The notes beneath the pieces were generated by a model. The model did no database searches. It was given only the letters and a program-made list of their open reading frames with translations, and was not told the DNA's origin. A stretch of 64,000 bases of DNA from Candidatus Eiseniibacteriota bacterium (GTDB lineage: Bacteria; Eisenbacteria; RBG-16-71-46; CAZAMP01). This document shows, in pieces, positions 47,286-57,022 of this stretch. Location of the stretch: positions 1,600,001-1,664,000 of the forward strand of contig OZ245046.1 of the NCBI GenBank assembly GCA_965224245.1. The letters are read 5' to 3'. A program made the translations under genes and the position numbers. Every line of letters begins with the position of its first letter. Within the stretch, counting starts at the first letter, position 1.

Positions 47286-48992
47286 GTGCCGGCGCGCATC
47301 GATGGGGCAGAGGTGAGCGTTCTGGAGCCGACGCCGTCGATCCTGTCGGACGAGCTGCCGCTCGTCGAGCTTCTCTCCGCGCCCGCGGCGCGGGACGCGG
47401 CGCGCGTGCTCGCCATGCACCTGGCCGAGCGATTCCGCGAGCGTGACGCGGTCGTCGCGACGGTCGATCCCCACGATGGACACCTCCGAGGCTGGCGTGC
47501 GCTCGCGGTCGGTCCGCCCGCGCCGCTGGACCTCGATCCGGTGGCGGTCCCGAGCGCGCTCGTGGGTGTCCTCGACGCGGACTCGTGCGTCCGCCGGTCG
47601 CTCGACCCGGGCGATCCCGCGGCCCTCGAGCACGACCGCGAGCTCCTGGCCGTCCGGCTCGTGCTGCCGTCCGACCGGGACCCGGGCATGTGCCCGCGCC
47701 TGGACTGTCCCGAGCGCTGCGGGCGCTTCGGCGTGTGCGGCGCGGGAACGCTCCCCCGGGGCGGGTGGACACGCGATCGGCTGACCTGCGGGCTTCTGCC
47801 CGTCGTCGGTCTCGTCGGTCTCGTTCGAAGGGCGGGCACGGCGCCGTTCGGTGGAGACGACCCGCCACACCTGGAGCGCCGGGCGGCGTCGGTCGCGCCG
47901 ATCTTCCGCGGCTACCGGTTCCAGGAGGCGTGGAGCGACGCCGAATACCTGCGGGAGGACCTCTTCGACAGCATGTCCGAGGCCATCCTGGCCACGAACC
48001 ACCGTGGGGACGTGCTCTTCCTGAACCGGGCCGCCGAGGAGCTCCTGGGCGTCGAGCGCCACGACGTGCTCGGTCGCCCGCTGGAATCGGTGTATCGCGA
48101 GCGGGACCGCCGCGTGGCCACGCCGCGCGAGACGCTCCGCTCTGGGCGCTCGGTGGTCCGCGTGGAGCGAACGCTCGTGCGGCCCGACGGTCGGGAGATA
48201 CCGGTGAGCGTGACGACGTCACCCATGACGGCGCGCGGGTGGGGGATCAGGGGCGCGGTGCTGTCCTTCGTCGACGCACGCGCGCGCAAGGCCATGGAGG
48301 CCGAGATCCAGCACCTCGATCGCCTGGCCACGCTCGGTCGGTTCGCGGCGGCGGTCGCGCACGAGATCCGAAACCCGCTCGGCGGCATCTCCGCCGGCGT
48401 GCAGTACCTGCGCACGACGGCGGCGCTGGACGCGGACAGCGCCGATCACCTTCGCTTCGTCGAGGCCGAGATCGCGCGACTCGATCGCATCGTGGGCGAG
48501 CTCGGCACCGTGACGCGGGTGCGGGTCCCCAGCCGCGTCCCGAGCCGACTCGACGTGCTTCTGGCGCGCGCGATCCACGCCTTCGAGCCGCTGGCCGCCG
48601 AACGCGACGTCGAGCTGTCGGCCACCGACTCCGACCTGGAGTTCGACCTGGACCCCGACCACATCCAGCAGGTCATTCACAACCTGGTGAAGAACGCGAT
48701 CGAGGCCTGCGCACCCGGCGGGCACGTGCGCGTCGCCTGTGACGTCGGCGAGGACGAGTCGCTCTCGGTGACCGTCACCGACGACGGGCCGGGCATGACC
48801 GCCGAGGTCATCGCACACATGTTCGAGCCGTTCTCGACCACCAAGTCCGCCGGGACGGGACTCGGGCTGTACCTCTGCCACAGCCTCGTCGAGGGGCACG
48901 GCGGCAGCATCGCCGTCACCAGCGCGCCCGGATGCGGGACCGAGGTGACCGTCACGCTTCCGGTACCCCGAACCGACGGGAGCTCGACATGA
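47286..48992 (+). CDS. Cytoplasmic PAS sensor histidine kinase (NtrB/AtoS-like) with Cys-rich N-terminal region
   Basis: PAS (FLNRAAEELLG), H-box AHEIRNPL, NLVKNA, DDGPG, FEPF.TTK..GTGLGL; exact start uncertain. Confidence 0.85.
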   Translation: MPARIDGAEVSVLEPTPSILSDELPLVELLSAPAARDAARVLAMHLAERFRERDAVVATVDPHDGHLRGWRALAVGPPAPLDLDPVAVPSALVGVLDADSCVRRSLDPGDPAALEHDRELLAVRLVLPSDRDPGMCPRLDCPERCGRFGVCGAGTLPRGGWTRDRLTCGLLPVVGLVGLVRRAGTAPFGGDDPPHLERRAASVAPIFRGYRFQEAWSDAEYLREDLFDSMSEAILATNHRGDVLFLNRAAEELLGVERHDVLGRPLESVYRERDRRVATPRETLRSGRSVVRVERTLVRPDGREIPVSVTTSPMTARGWGIRGAVLSFVDARARKAMEAEIQHLDRLATLGRFAAAVAHEIRNPLGGISAGVQYLRTTAALDADSADHLRFVEAEIARLDRIVGELGTVTRVRVPSRVPSRLDVLLARAIHAFEPLAAERDVELSATDSDLEFDLDPDHIQQVIHNLVKNAIEACAPGGHVRVACDVGEDESLSVTVTDDGPGMTAEVIAHMFEPFSTTKSAGTGLGLYLCHSLVEGHGGSIAVTSAPGCGTEVTVTLPVPRTDGSST

Positions 48993-50431
48993 ACGCCGAG
49001 ATCGTCATCATCGACGACCAGGAATCGATCGCGCACTTCCTGTCCCGCGCGCTGAGCGACGACGGGCACGCGGTGCGGGTCGCGCACACGGCCGGCGAGG
49101 GGGTGCGCCTCGTCCGCGACGAGATGCCCGACGTCGTGTTCCTGGATCTGAAGCTCCCGGACGGAAACGGACTGGACGTCCTGCGCGAGATCAAGTCGAT
49201 CGCCGACGAGATCGAGGTCGTCCTGATGACGGCGTACGCGGACGTGGATTCGGCCGTGCGTGCGATGAAGGACGGCGCCACCGACTACCTGACCAAGCCC
49301 GTGAACCTCGAGCAGCTCCGGCTCATCGTGGCCAAGGCGCTCGAGCGCCGGGCGCTCTGGCGAGAGCTCCGGCACTATCGGGCCGAGCAGGATCGGCGTC
49401 TCGACGTCGACATGATCCGGGGCGAGAGCGCCCGGATGCACGAGGTGTTCGAGATCGTCGAGCGCGTGGCGGGATCGGACCTGACGAGCGTTCTGATCGA
49501 GGGCGAGAGTGGCACCGGCAAGCAGGTCATCGCGAGCCTTCTGCATCGCCTCTCACCGCGGCGCGCGCATCCGTTCATCGAGCTGAACTGCGCGGCGATC
49601 CCCTCCGAGCTCCTGGAGAGCGAGCTCTTCGGATACGAGAAGGGTGCATTCACCGACGCGAAGACGCAGAAGCCCGGACTCCTGGAGACGGCGGACGGCG
49701 GCACGCTCTTCCTCGACGAGGTCGGGGAGATGCCGCTCACGTTGCAGGTGAAGCTCCTGAAGGTCCTGGAGGGGATGACGTTCCGGCGCGTCGGGGGCAC
49801 CAAGGACGTGACGGTCAGCGTCCGGATCGTGTCCGCGACCAATCGCGATCTCCGAGCGCAGTGTCGCGATGGCGGCTTCCGGGAGGATCTCTACTATCGC
49901 CTGAAGGTGGTTCCGATCCACGTTCCCGCGCTGCGCGAGCGCGGCCGCGACGTACTGATCTTCGCGAAGTATTTCCTGCACCACTTCTCCAAGCAGTTCG
50001 GCCGTCGGTTCCGTGCGATCAGTCCCGAGGCCGAGGCGCGGCTCCTCGACCACGACTGGCCCGGCAACATCCGAGAGCTCCGGAACCTGTTCGAGCAGAC
50101 GGTGTTGCTAGAGGATGGCGAGGTGCTCGAGGCCCACCAGCTCCGGCTGCCGGGCCGTGCGGGCGCCGGCGGCGGTGACGGCCACGACGCCGACGAACGG
50201 GGTGGCGCGCTGGCGACGATCGCGCGTATCCTCCGCGACGAACGACTCCCGGAAACCGGCGTGGACTTCGAGGCCGTGATCGGCGAGCTGGAACGGCGCC
50301 TTCTCCTGGTGGCCTGCGAGCACACGAGCTGGAACCAGAGCCGGACGGCCCGCCTCCTCGAGCTCGGGCGCGACAAGCTGCGCTATCGGATGAAGGTGCA
50401 TGGCATCACGCGCGACACGAAGGCCGCATGA
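48989..50431 (+). CDS. Sigma54-dependent response regulator (NtrC/AtoC family)
   Basis: REC domain, GESGTGK, LLESELFGYEKGAFTDA, LFLDEVG, FREDLYYRL, WPGNIREL, HTH. Confidence 0.92.
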   Translation: MNAEIVIIDDQESIAHFLSRALSDDGHAVRVAHTAGEGVRLVRDEMPDVVFLDLKLPDGNGLDVLREIKSIADEIEVVLMTAYADVDSAVRAMKDGATDYLTKPVNLEQLRLIVAKALERRALWRELRHYRAEQDRRLDVDMIRGESARMHEVFEIVERVAGSDLTSVLIEGESGTGKQVIASLLHRLSPRRAHPFIELNCAAIPSELLESELFGYEKGAFTDAKTQKPGLLETADGGTLFLDEVGEMPLTLQVKLLKVLEGMTFRRVGGTKDVTVSVRIVSATNRDLRAQCRDGGFREDLYYRLKVVPIHVPALRERGRDVLIFAKYFLHHFSKQFGRRFRAISPEAEARLLDHDWPGNIRELRNLFEQTVLLEDGEVLEAHQLRLPGRAGAGGGDGHDADERGGALATIARILRDERLPETGVDFEAVIGELERRLLLVACEHTSWNQSRTARLLELGRDKLRYRMKVHGITRDTKAA

Positions 50432-50948
50432 TCTCCTCCTCGCCATCGGCGTGTGCGTCAGCCTGCTTTTAACATCCTGTACCTACTCGTTTTCCGGCGC
50501 GTCCGTACCAAGTCACATCAACACGATCGCGGTCAGCACCTTCCGCAACGACACGCTCCAGCCGAGCCTCGACCAGGACGTCACGAACGCGCTGATCGAC
50601 CTGTTCGCCAACGACAGCCGTCTGAACCTCGGAACCCCGGGCCAGTCCGACGCGGTCGTCGAGGGCACGATCACGCGTTACGACCACAGCGTGTTCGGTC
50701 TCTCGGGAACGGGTGATTCCAGCCTGGGGGCCCAGGCCGAGGAGTACCGGGTCACGCTGCAGGCCGCGGTCACCGTCAAGGATCGGGTCAAGGGCAAGGA
50801 CCTGTGGCGCAAGGATTCGATGGTGGTCTGGAGCAACTACCGGATCGACGGCAGCGGCGACGGGCCCACCAACGAGACCGAGGCGCGCGCCGAGGCCATC
50901 GACAAGCTGATCGAGGACATCCTGTCGAACACGCTGGAGGACTGGTGA
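50400..50948 (+). CDS. lptE: LPS assembly lipoprotein LptE (FCB-type)
   Basis: Lipobox LTS-C, YSFSGAS....TIAV..F.N, C-terminal W; upstream of holA. Confidence 0.75.
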   Translation: MASRATRRPHDLLLAIGVCVSLLLTSCTYSFSGASVPSHINTIAVSTFRNDTLQPSLDQDVTNALIDLFANDSRLNLGTPGQSDAVVEGTITRYDHSVFGLSGTGDSSLGAQAEEYRVTLQAAVTVKDRVKGKDLWRKDSMVVWSNYRIDGSGDGPTNETEARAEAIDKLIEDILSNTLEDW

Positions 50949-52018
50949 TGGCGTACGCGCCGCGTCCCGGCTTCGACGTGCTGTCCAGGGAGCTGAAGGG
51001 GGGGAAGGTCCGCCCCGCATACCTCGTCTGGGGCGACGAGTCGTTCCTGATCGACCGAGCGGTGAGCGATCTGTGCCGGGCGGCGCTGGGTGAGGACGCC
51101 GACGACCCGTTCAACATGTCGCGCTTCGAAGCGGGCAACGCGACCCTCACCGATGCGCTTCGCGAGGCCGACGAGCTTCCGATGCTGCGCGAGCGGCGCG
51201 TGGTGATCTTCAGCGGGCTCACCTCACGCGATGCCTACGGATTCGCCAAGGTGCACGCGAAGAAGGCCGAGCGCGATCGGCTCGCGCATTACCTGTCGGA
51301 CCCGAACCCGACCACGGTGTTGATCCTGACCGGGTCGGTCGCGGACTACAAGCAGACGTTCCTCGTCGGATCGAAGGCGCTCGCGGTGTACCAGATGAAC
51401 GCCCCCGCGCCGGATCGTCTCCTGAAGTGGATCCCCGGCAAGGCGAAGGCCGAGGGCGTCGAGGTGTCCGACGAGGCCGCCGAGGCGCTCCTGGGCGCGG
51501 TGGGTCCGTCGATGCAGCTGTTGAGCCTCGAGATCGAGAAGCTCTCGCTGTATGCCGAGCCCGGCGCGCCCACGAGCGTGGAGACGGTCCGGGCGCTCGT
51601 CGAGGGGAGCTCGGATGACAGCGTGTTCGACGTCTCCGACGCGCTGGCGCGGGGCGACGTCCGATCGGCGCTGCGCACGATGCGACGCGTGGCATCGCTT
51701 CACGCCGACGGCGAGCTCCGGCTCCTGAACGAGCTCCGCCGGAGCGTGACGTTGTGGTTTCGGATCCGCGAACGCCTGGACCGCGGACAGACTGCGAAGC
51801 AGATCGCCGGCGCGCTGCGCGTGCCCGCGTTCATCGTGAATCGCAACCTGGCCGGCGCACGCCGACGCCCGGCCCCGGCCCTGCGCGCGATGCTGGGCGA
51901 GCTCCTGGCCATCGAGCGCCGGATGAAGCAGGGCACGGGAGACGTGGCCCTGGCTCTCGAGCTCCTCGTGCTGGACGGGGAGGCCGCCGTGGGAGCCGGG
52001 GGGAGGGGGGGGCGTTGA
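50948..52018 (+). CDS. holA: DNA polymerase III delta subunit
   Basis: PAYLVWGDESFL, LPML.ERRVVI, EIEKLSLY, SVFD; lptE-holA synteny. Confidence 0.85.
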   Translation: MAYAPRPGFDVLSRELKGGKVRPAYLVWGDESFLIDRAVSDLCRAALGEDADDPFNMSRFEAGNATLTDALREADELPMLRERRVVIFSGLTSRDAYGFAKVHAKKAERDRLAHYLSDPNPTTVLILTGSVADYKQTFLVGSKALAVYQMNAPAPDRLLKWIPGKAKAEGVEVSDEAAEALLGAVGPSMQLLSLEIEKLSLYAEPGAPTSVETVRALVEGSSDDSVFDVSDALARGDVRSALRTMRRVASLHADGELRLLNELRRSVTLWFRIRERLDRGQTAKQIAGALRVPAFIVNRNLAGARRRPAPALRAMLGELLAIERRMKQGTGDVALALELLVLDGEAAVGAGGRGGR

Positions 52019-52083
52019 CACCCGCGGCCGGTCGACGGTACGATCGGCCGCGCATGCCTTATCGATTGTAAATCAAACACTTA
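52015..52083 (+). promoter_or_regulatory. trxA promoter with IHF-consensus site
   Basis: TTGACA (52015)-18 nt-TACGAT (52039); AATCAAACACTTA (52071-52083) matches WATCAANNNNTTR. Confidence 0.5.
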
Positions 52084-52134
52084 GCTGGCGCGCGACGATG
52101 TCCGAGCCATTCCGACGACGGGAGGTCCCGCATC

Positions 52135-52461
52135 ATGTCCCTCACGCACTTTCAAGAGTCCACGTTCCAGGGCGACGTTCTCGAGTCCGAGATGCCGGCG
52201 CTCGTCGATTTCACGGCGACCTGGTGCGGCCCGTGCAAGCAGCTGGCGCCGGTCGTCGAGCAGATCGCCGGCGAGTACGACGGCCGGGTCAACGTGGGGA
52301 AGGTCGACGTGGACGAGTGCCCGAACATCGCGGCCAAGTACGGGATCCGGTCGGTACCGACACTGCTGTTCATCCGCGACGGCGAGGTCGTCGACAAGAT
52401 CACCGGCGTCGTCGGGAAGGACCAGCTCGTGGCCAAGATGAAGTCGTCGTTCGAGCTGTAG
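52135..52461 (+). CDS. trxA: Thioredoxin
   Basis: WCGPC active site, YGIRSVPTL, 108 aa. Confidence 0.95.
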   Translation: MSLTHFQESTFQGDVLESEMPALVDFTATWCGPCKQLAPVVEQIAGEYDGRVNVGKVDVDECPNIAAKYGIRSVPTLLFIRDGEVVDKITGVVGKDQLVAKMKSSFEL

Positions 52462-52552
52462 CCTCAAGTTCGGGCGAGTCCGAGCCGATTGTAGAGACGA
52501 CGCGGGTCGTTCCGATCCGGACGTCACGATGCCTCGATCCCGAAGGACCCAG

Positions 52553-54046
52553 ATGCACTCCATCCGCGGTGTGATCGGCTGGATCACCGGGCTGGCCGTC
52601 GCCGGTGCGCTCGTCTCGTGCGAGGAGGGCGTGCTCGACGTCAACCACATGCCCGTCGTGCTGAACGTCACGTATTCACCCACCGTCGTGCTGTCGGGGG
52701 GCGACGAGGTGACGTTGCGGGTCGACGCCATCGACGAGGACGGGGACGACCTGTCCTACAGCTGGTCCAGCGACGCGGGCTCGCTGGTGCAGCTCACCGG
52801 GCAGTCGGTCAGCTGGCAATCGCCGGAGTTCGGAGGCGACTACGAGATACGGGTCAACGTGAGCGACGGCCAGGCGGTGGCCAGCGCCGTGGTGCGCGTC
52901 TCGGTGACCGCGAACCAGGCATCGGGGACGATCACCGTGAACTCGAATCCGCAGGGAGCGCAGGTCGTTCTCGACGGGGTCAACACCGAGTTCATCACGC
53001 CGTTCGAGCTCGAGAGCCTGCCCGTCGGCGACCACACGGTCTCGCTCCACGTGGTCGACTGCGACAACGAGACGTTCGCGGAGACCGAGTGCGTGACCTT
53101 TCCCACGTCGCAGACCGAGCTCGTGACCGACGGCGAGGACGTGGTGTTCGACTTCACGTTCGTGACCTCCAAGCGCCTGAGCTTCGTGCCCGGTCCCGAC
53201 ACGTTCCTGTCTCCTCCGCAGGTCGCGCCCACCGGCGGCATCGTGTGGAGCGACGACGTGCTCGGGAGCTTCGCGCTGCGGCTGGCCGGGGTCGCCGACA
53301 CCGGTCCCGGACAGGGGATCAGCATCGAGTCGTTCACGAACTACGACGGTGAGATCCACTTCCCGAACTGGCGCTTCAAGGGCGTCAACACGTTCATCGT
53401 GTTCCAGACCACCGACGCCGACCTCGGCTCGGAGGTCGGGGAGTTCAACGTGTTCGCGTCGCCCACGATCCAGTTCTTCGACCTGGGGGGCGACGTCCGC
53501 AACGTGAGCTTCAACCCGACCGGTACCCGATTCGCGTTCGTGCGACACACGATGGCCGGGAGCGTGTTCCGGACCGAGGTCCGGCTCACCGAGGAGTTCG
53601 CCGACCCCGTGTTCAATCCGTCGTCCGAGGTCGTGGCGACGTACGACGACCCCGGCGGCCGGGTTCGCGTGTCGACGCCGGAGTTCGGCAGCGATGGGAA
53701 CACGCTGGTCTACTCGGTCACCCAGCCCGGCGGATCGTCGGATCTGTACCTCCACGACTTCTCGTCCGGCACCGGGCATCGCCTGTCGACCGACGGCCAG
53801 CGGGCGTGGCCGACGTTCAGCGTGTCCCAGAGCTTCGTCTTCTACCACGACACCGGGGCGGACGCAGTCTACGGCGCCGAGCTCGACACCGACCTCTTCC
53901 AGCTCGGACCGCCGATGCGCCTGACGCGCTCGGGCACGCGGACGCCGGCCTTCACCCAGCTCCTGACGAACAGCTACGTGATCGCCCGGTCGCAGGACCG
54001 GGGGATCATCGTCGTCGAGAACTTCGACCTCGACGACGGCCCTTAG
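52553..54046 (+). CDS. Lipoprotein with Ig-like, PEGA and TolB-like beta-propeller domains
   Basis: Lipobox LVS-C; DEDGDDLSYSW Ig-like unit; VNSNPQGAQV.LDG PEGA; SFNPTG..FAF and PEFGSDG..LVY PD40-like blades. Confidence 0.68.
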   Translation: MHSIRGVIGWITGLAVAGALVSCEEGVLDVNHMPVVLNVTYSPTVVLSGGDEVTLRVDAIDEDGDDLSYSWSSDAGSLVQLTGQSVSWQSPEFGGDYEIRVNVSDGQAVASAVVRVSVTANQASGTITVNSNPQGAQVVLDGVNTEFITPFELESLPVGDHTVSLHVVDCDNETFAETECVTFPTSQTELVTDGEDVVFDFTFVTSKRLSFVPGPDTFLSPPQVAPTGGIVWSDDVLGSFALRLAGVADTGPGQGISIESFTNYDGEIHFPNWRFKGVNTFIVFQTTDADLGSEVGEFNVFASPTIQFFDLGGDVRNVSFNPTGTRFAFVRHTMAGSVFRTEVRLTEEFADPVFNPSSEVVATYDDPGGRVRVSTPEFGSDGNTLVYSVTQPGGSSDLYLHDFSSGTGHRLSTDGQRAWPTFSVSQSFVFYHDTGADAVYGAELDTDLFQLGPPMRLTRSGTRTPAFTQLLTNSYVIARSQDRGIIVVENFDLDDGP

Positions 54047-54245
54047 CCACGCCGGGGCCGCCGTCCGATCCTCCAGTGCCGCCACCGGTTGTGCCGCCCG
54101 ACCGGCCAGCCCCGGCCGTACACCCGGGGCACGCTTTCCGGCCGCGGATGGTGGAACCCCGCGCGCCCGGGACGGGTATCACACGGCTCTACCCGGTTGC
54201 GGACGCTCGGCGGTGCGCCAGGCTCGCACTGCCTCATGCATCCGG

Positions 54246-54277
54246 AAGGCCGGCTCCTCGCGGGGCTGGCCTTTTTC
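54246..54277 (+). terminator. Rho-independent terminator
   Basis: AAGGCCGGCTCC-tcgc-GGGGCTGGCCTT followed by TTT (T5 run). Confidence 0.7.
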
Positions 54278-54400
54278 GTGCCACGGAATGCGCCAGCAAG
54301 CCGATCCGAGAGGCCGCGACAGATGGACTCCCGTGCTGGCGGGACCGGGGAAACGGGCAAGAACGGGGAGTGAGGTACCGGACGATGACGGGCCGAATGA

Positions 54401-54428
54401 ACTTAACATAATATATATTATGCGCAGA
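54401..54428 (-). other. dif: dif chromosome dimer-resolution site (XerC/XerD target)
   Basis: Minus strand TCTGCGCATAA-TATATA-TTATGTTAAGT versus E. coli GGTGCGCATAA-TGTATA-TTATGTTAAAT (24/28). Intergenic, at the gene-orientation switch. Confidence 0.92.
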
Positions 54429-54521
54429 TCGCGCGGCCGGCACACGGGGTCGCTCCGTCTCGGTCTGGGCTCGCGCCTGGGAGTTCATTTCCGACCCGGC
54501 GATTCGCGATCGGCCTCGTGG

Positions 54522-55223
54522 CTACGGCGTGGCGGCGTGCGTCCACTCCGCCTTGCTGACCCGTGCCAGGTGGACCTGGTCCAGCACGAGGCGCTCCTCG
54601 GAGCCTTCGTAGCGCTCGATCAGGTCGTCCAGGAGCGCCAGTGCCTTCGGCGTGTCGCCCGCGACATGGTACGCGCGAGCCGCGGCGCGCAGATCGAACA
54701 CGCGCGCGCCGGCCGGCGTACCCTCGGCGGCCAGGGACTCGTAGATCGCGGCGGCCTCGGCCGGCCGGTCGGTGTCCTCGAGGACGACGGCCAGTCCGCG
54801 CCGGGCCGCGGTGAGCTGCATCGGATCGCCGGACAACGCGTCGGCGGCCTCGCGATACGCGGCAGCGGCCTCCTCCTGGCGCCCGAGGCCCGCCAGTGCT
54901 TCGGCCCGGATCAGGATGGCGCTCTTGCCGCTCGACGTGCCGCCGTAGCGGTCCTCGAGGGTTCGGGCGACCTCCAGTGCCGCACCGTAGTCCCCTTGCT
55001 CCGCGTCGCGCGTGGCGCGGCTCCAGAGATCCACCGCTTCGCCGCTGGTGGCCGCGCGGTTGCGGCCGATCAGGCCGGTGGCGATGACGGCGGTCGCGAT
55101 GACCAGCACGCCGATTGCGAGCATCTGCCAGTGCTGGGTCAGGAAGTTCTGAAAGGCGGCGACGGCATGGTCGAGCGGATCCTCATGCTCGACCTGGCGG
55201 TGTCCCGGCAGCTTCGTGGTCAC
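54522..55223 (-). CDS. YfgM-like membrane-anchored TPR protein
   Basis: One N-terminal TM (WQMLAIGVLVIA), TPR helices, YGGTSSG; GTG start after GAGGAG. Confidence 0.7.
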   Translation of the reverse strand: MTTKLPGHRQVEHEDPLDHAVAAFQNFLTQHWQMLAIGVLVIATAVIATGLIGRNRAATSGEAVDLWSRATRDAEQGDYGAALEVARTLEDRYGGTSSGKSAILIRAEALAGLGRQEEAAAAYREAADALSGDPMQLTAARRGLAVVLEDTDRPAEAAAIYESLAAEGTPAGARVFDLRAAARAYHVAGDTPKALALLDDLIERYEGSEERLVLDQVHLARVSKAEWTHAATP

Positions 55224-55417
55224 GTTCGAACGACTCCTCATTCCATGAACGACTCACCGGCGGCGCGGGCAGCGACGCCGGTGCTGATCTTGCCAGACGA
55301 CGGGCCCGAGGACGGGGTCCCCGGGTTTCGAGGCGGAGAGTATGCCACGGCCGACCGCGGGACGGGAAACGCCGAGTTGGGACGCTCACCGGCAGGTCCG
55401 CGCGGGCAATCTCCCCC

Positions 55418-57022
55418 TCAGTGATCCGCCGCCGCGCGCTCGCCGAGGGCCGCGGCGGACACGTCGTCGACGAGAATGCTCGGGTCCAGGTCCGGAATGC
55501 CCAGCGCCGACGCGTAGTCGTCGAGCGACTTCCGGACCCCTTCCGACCAGATCGCGTTCAGCTCCTTGGCCGCGTCCTTCTTGGAGAACCAGTCGGGTCC
55601 GAGCCGCTTCTCCAGCGTCTGCTGGATCGCCACCGCCAGCACCGAGCCGTGGAACTTGGCCACGCACTCGAAACCGTCGTCGGCGCTCATGAACATCGCC
55701 CGATCGATCTGGGTGCTGCCCCAGAGTCGGATCGGCTCGAAGATGCTCTCGTAGACCTCGTCCGGCTGCTTGGTGTCGCCGTACAGCTCGGGCAGGAACA
55801 GCACGCGGCCGGCGTGGTCCCGTGCCTGGGCCAGCCGAAGGAACATGTGCGCGCGGCGTGCCGCCTCGATCTGGTCGGCGTCGAGCTTCGAGTTCTGGTC
55901 GAGGAACGCGGCGCTCTCCATCAGGTTCTCGAACAGGTAGCCGATCGCGTATCCCATCGTGGGATCGCCGAAGAAGTGATTCTCGAAGTATGCGCCCCCT
56001 CCGCGTCCGTGGAAGACCTGTCGCCCGGCCTCGCGCAGCATGCCCGTGTACGCCTGGAAGCCGCTCGCGGGCTTCCAGCCGACCGTCGAGGCGCTCTGGG
56101 TGAGCTTGTTGAAGTACGTGTGCGCGCCGTCGAGTGCGTGCTCGACCTTCGCCTCCTCGTCGTCCACCTGCCACGAGTCGGACTTGTCGAGCGACAGACC
56201 GGCCCGCTCGAAGGCCTTCTCGATGACCTGGAAGGGCTTCTTCTTGTCGAGACCGCGATCGAACCGGGTCGCCGCCCAGACCTGCGGCATGTCGTAGAAA
56301 CGCACGTCCTCGGGCGTGAGCGCGCCGCCGAACGTGGCCTCGATCTGCTCGTGCAGAAGCTCGCGGTAGAGATCGGTCGACGCGTCCAGGAACGCGCGCG
56401 CACGTGTCCTGGCGGCCGCGAGATCGAATCCGTGGTATTGCTGGATGAAATCGATGTAACCTTCATAGCCGAGGTCGGTTGCCGCCTCGTTCGAGAGGTG
56501 GACGGCCTGCTGCAGGTAGACGTTCACGTTCTCGAGAAACTCGGTGAAGGCGAAGCTCCACTGGCGCCTGGCGGAACGATCTTCCTCCTCCGCCATCCGG
56601 TGGACGACGTTCCGCAGCGTGATCTCCTCCCCCCCCACGACGATGCGCGTGTCGGCCAGGTAGTTGTTGCCGCCGTCGATCTCGGCGGCGCTGCGCGCCC
56701 GGATCGTCTGGTAGGTCAGCCACATCTTCAGACGCCGGTAGGCGGACTCGGCCTCGGCATCCGGCGCGGACGGGATGTAGCCGGCGACCTCGGCGATCTT
56801 GTCCGGTGTCACGAGGTAGTGGAACGTGGAGTACGTCCGCTCGAAGTCCGACTCACGGCCCTTGACGTACGTCGTCAGCGACTTGTCCTCGACCGCCTGG
56901 AAGAACTCGAGGCTCTTCTCGCGGATCCTGTCGATCGACGCGTCCGGTTGTGCGACTGCCTCGTGGGCGACGCACAGAACGACGCCGAACACCGACGCGG
57001 TTACGTACGCTCGCGGGCTCAA
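55418..57022 (-). CDS. Secreted M3/zincin-like protein with degenerate zinc motif
   Basis: Signal peptide; EEDRSARR, AATDLGY..Y; LREAGRQVFH at the position where related proteins have LHExGHxxH; GYLFENL. Confidence 0.5.
   Translation of the reverse strand: MSPRAYVTASVFGVVLCVAHEAVAQPDASIDRIREKSLEFFQAVEDKSLTTYVKGRESDFERTYSTFHYLVTPDKIAEVAGYIPSAPDAEAESAYRRLKMWLTYQTIRARSAAEIDGGNNYLADTRIVVGGEEITLRNVVHRMAEEEDRSARRQWSFAFTEFLENVNVYLQQAVHLSNEAATDLGYEGYIDFIQQYHGFDLAAARTRARAFLDASTDLYRELLHEQIEATFGGALTPEDVRFYDMPQVWAATRFDRGLDKKKPFQVIEKAFERAGLSLDKSDSWQVDDEEAKVEHALDGAHTYFNKLTQSASTVGWKPASGFQAYTGMLREAGRQVFHGRGGGAYFENHFFGDPTMGYAIGYLFENLMESAAFLDQNSKLDADQIEAARRAHMFLRLAQARDHAGRVLFLPELYGDTKQPDEVYESIFEPIRLWGSTQIDRAMFMSADDGFECVAKFHGSVLAVAIQQTLEKRLGPDWFSKKDAAKELNAIWSEGVRKSLDDYASALGIPDLDPSILVDDVSAAALGERAAADH

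Noticed and set aside
51998-52012. G-rich run at the end of holA as a phase-variable tract or G-quadruplex
   Set aside because: It lies in the last codons, does not disrupt the domain, and has too few separate G-tracts to support a call.
54241-54254. TCCGGAAGG as the SRP (4.5S) RNA core
   Set aside because: It lacks the flanking CAGG...AGCAG internal-loop motif and overlaps a terminator stem.
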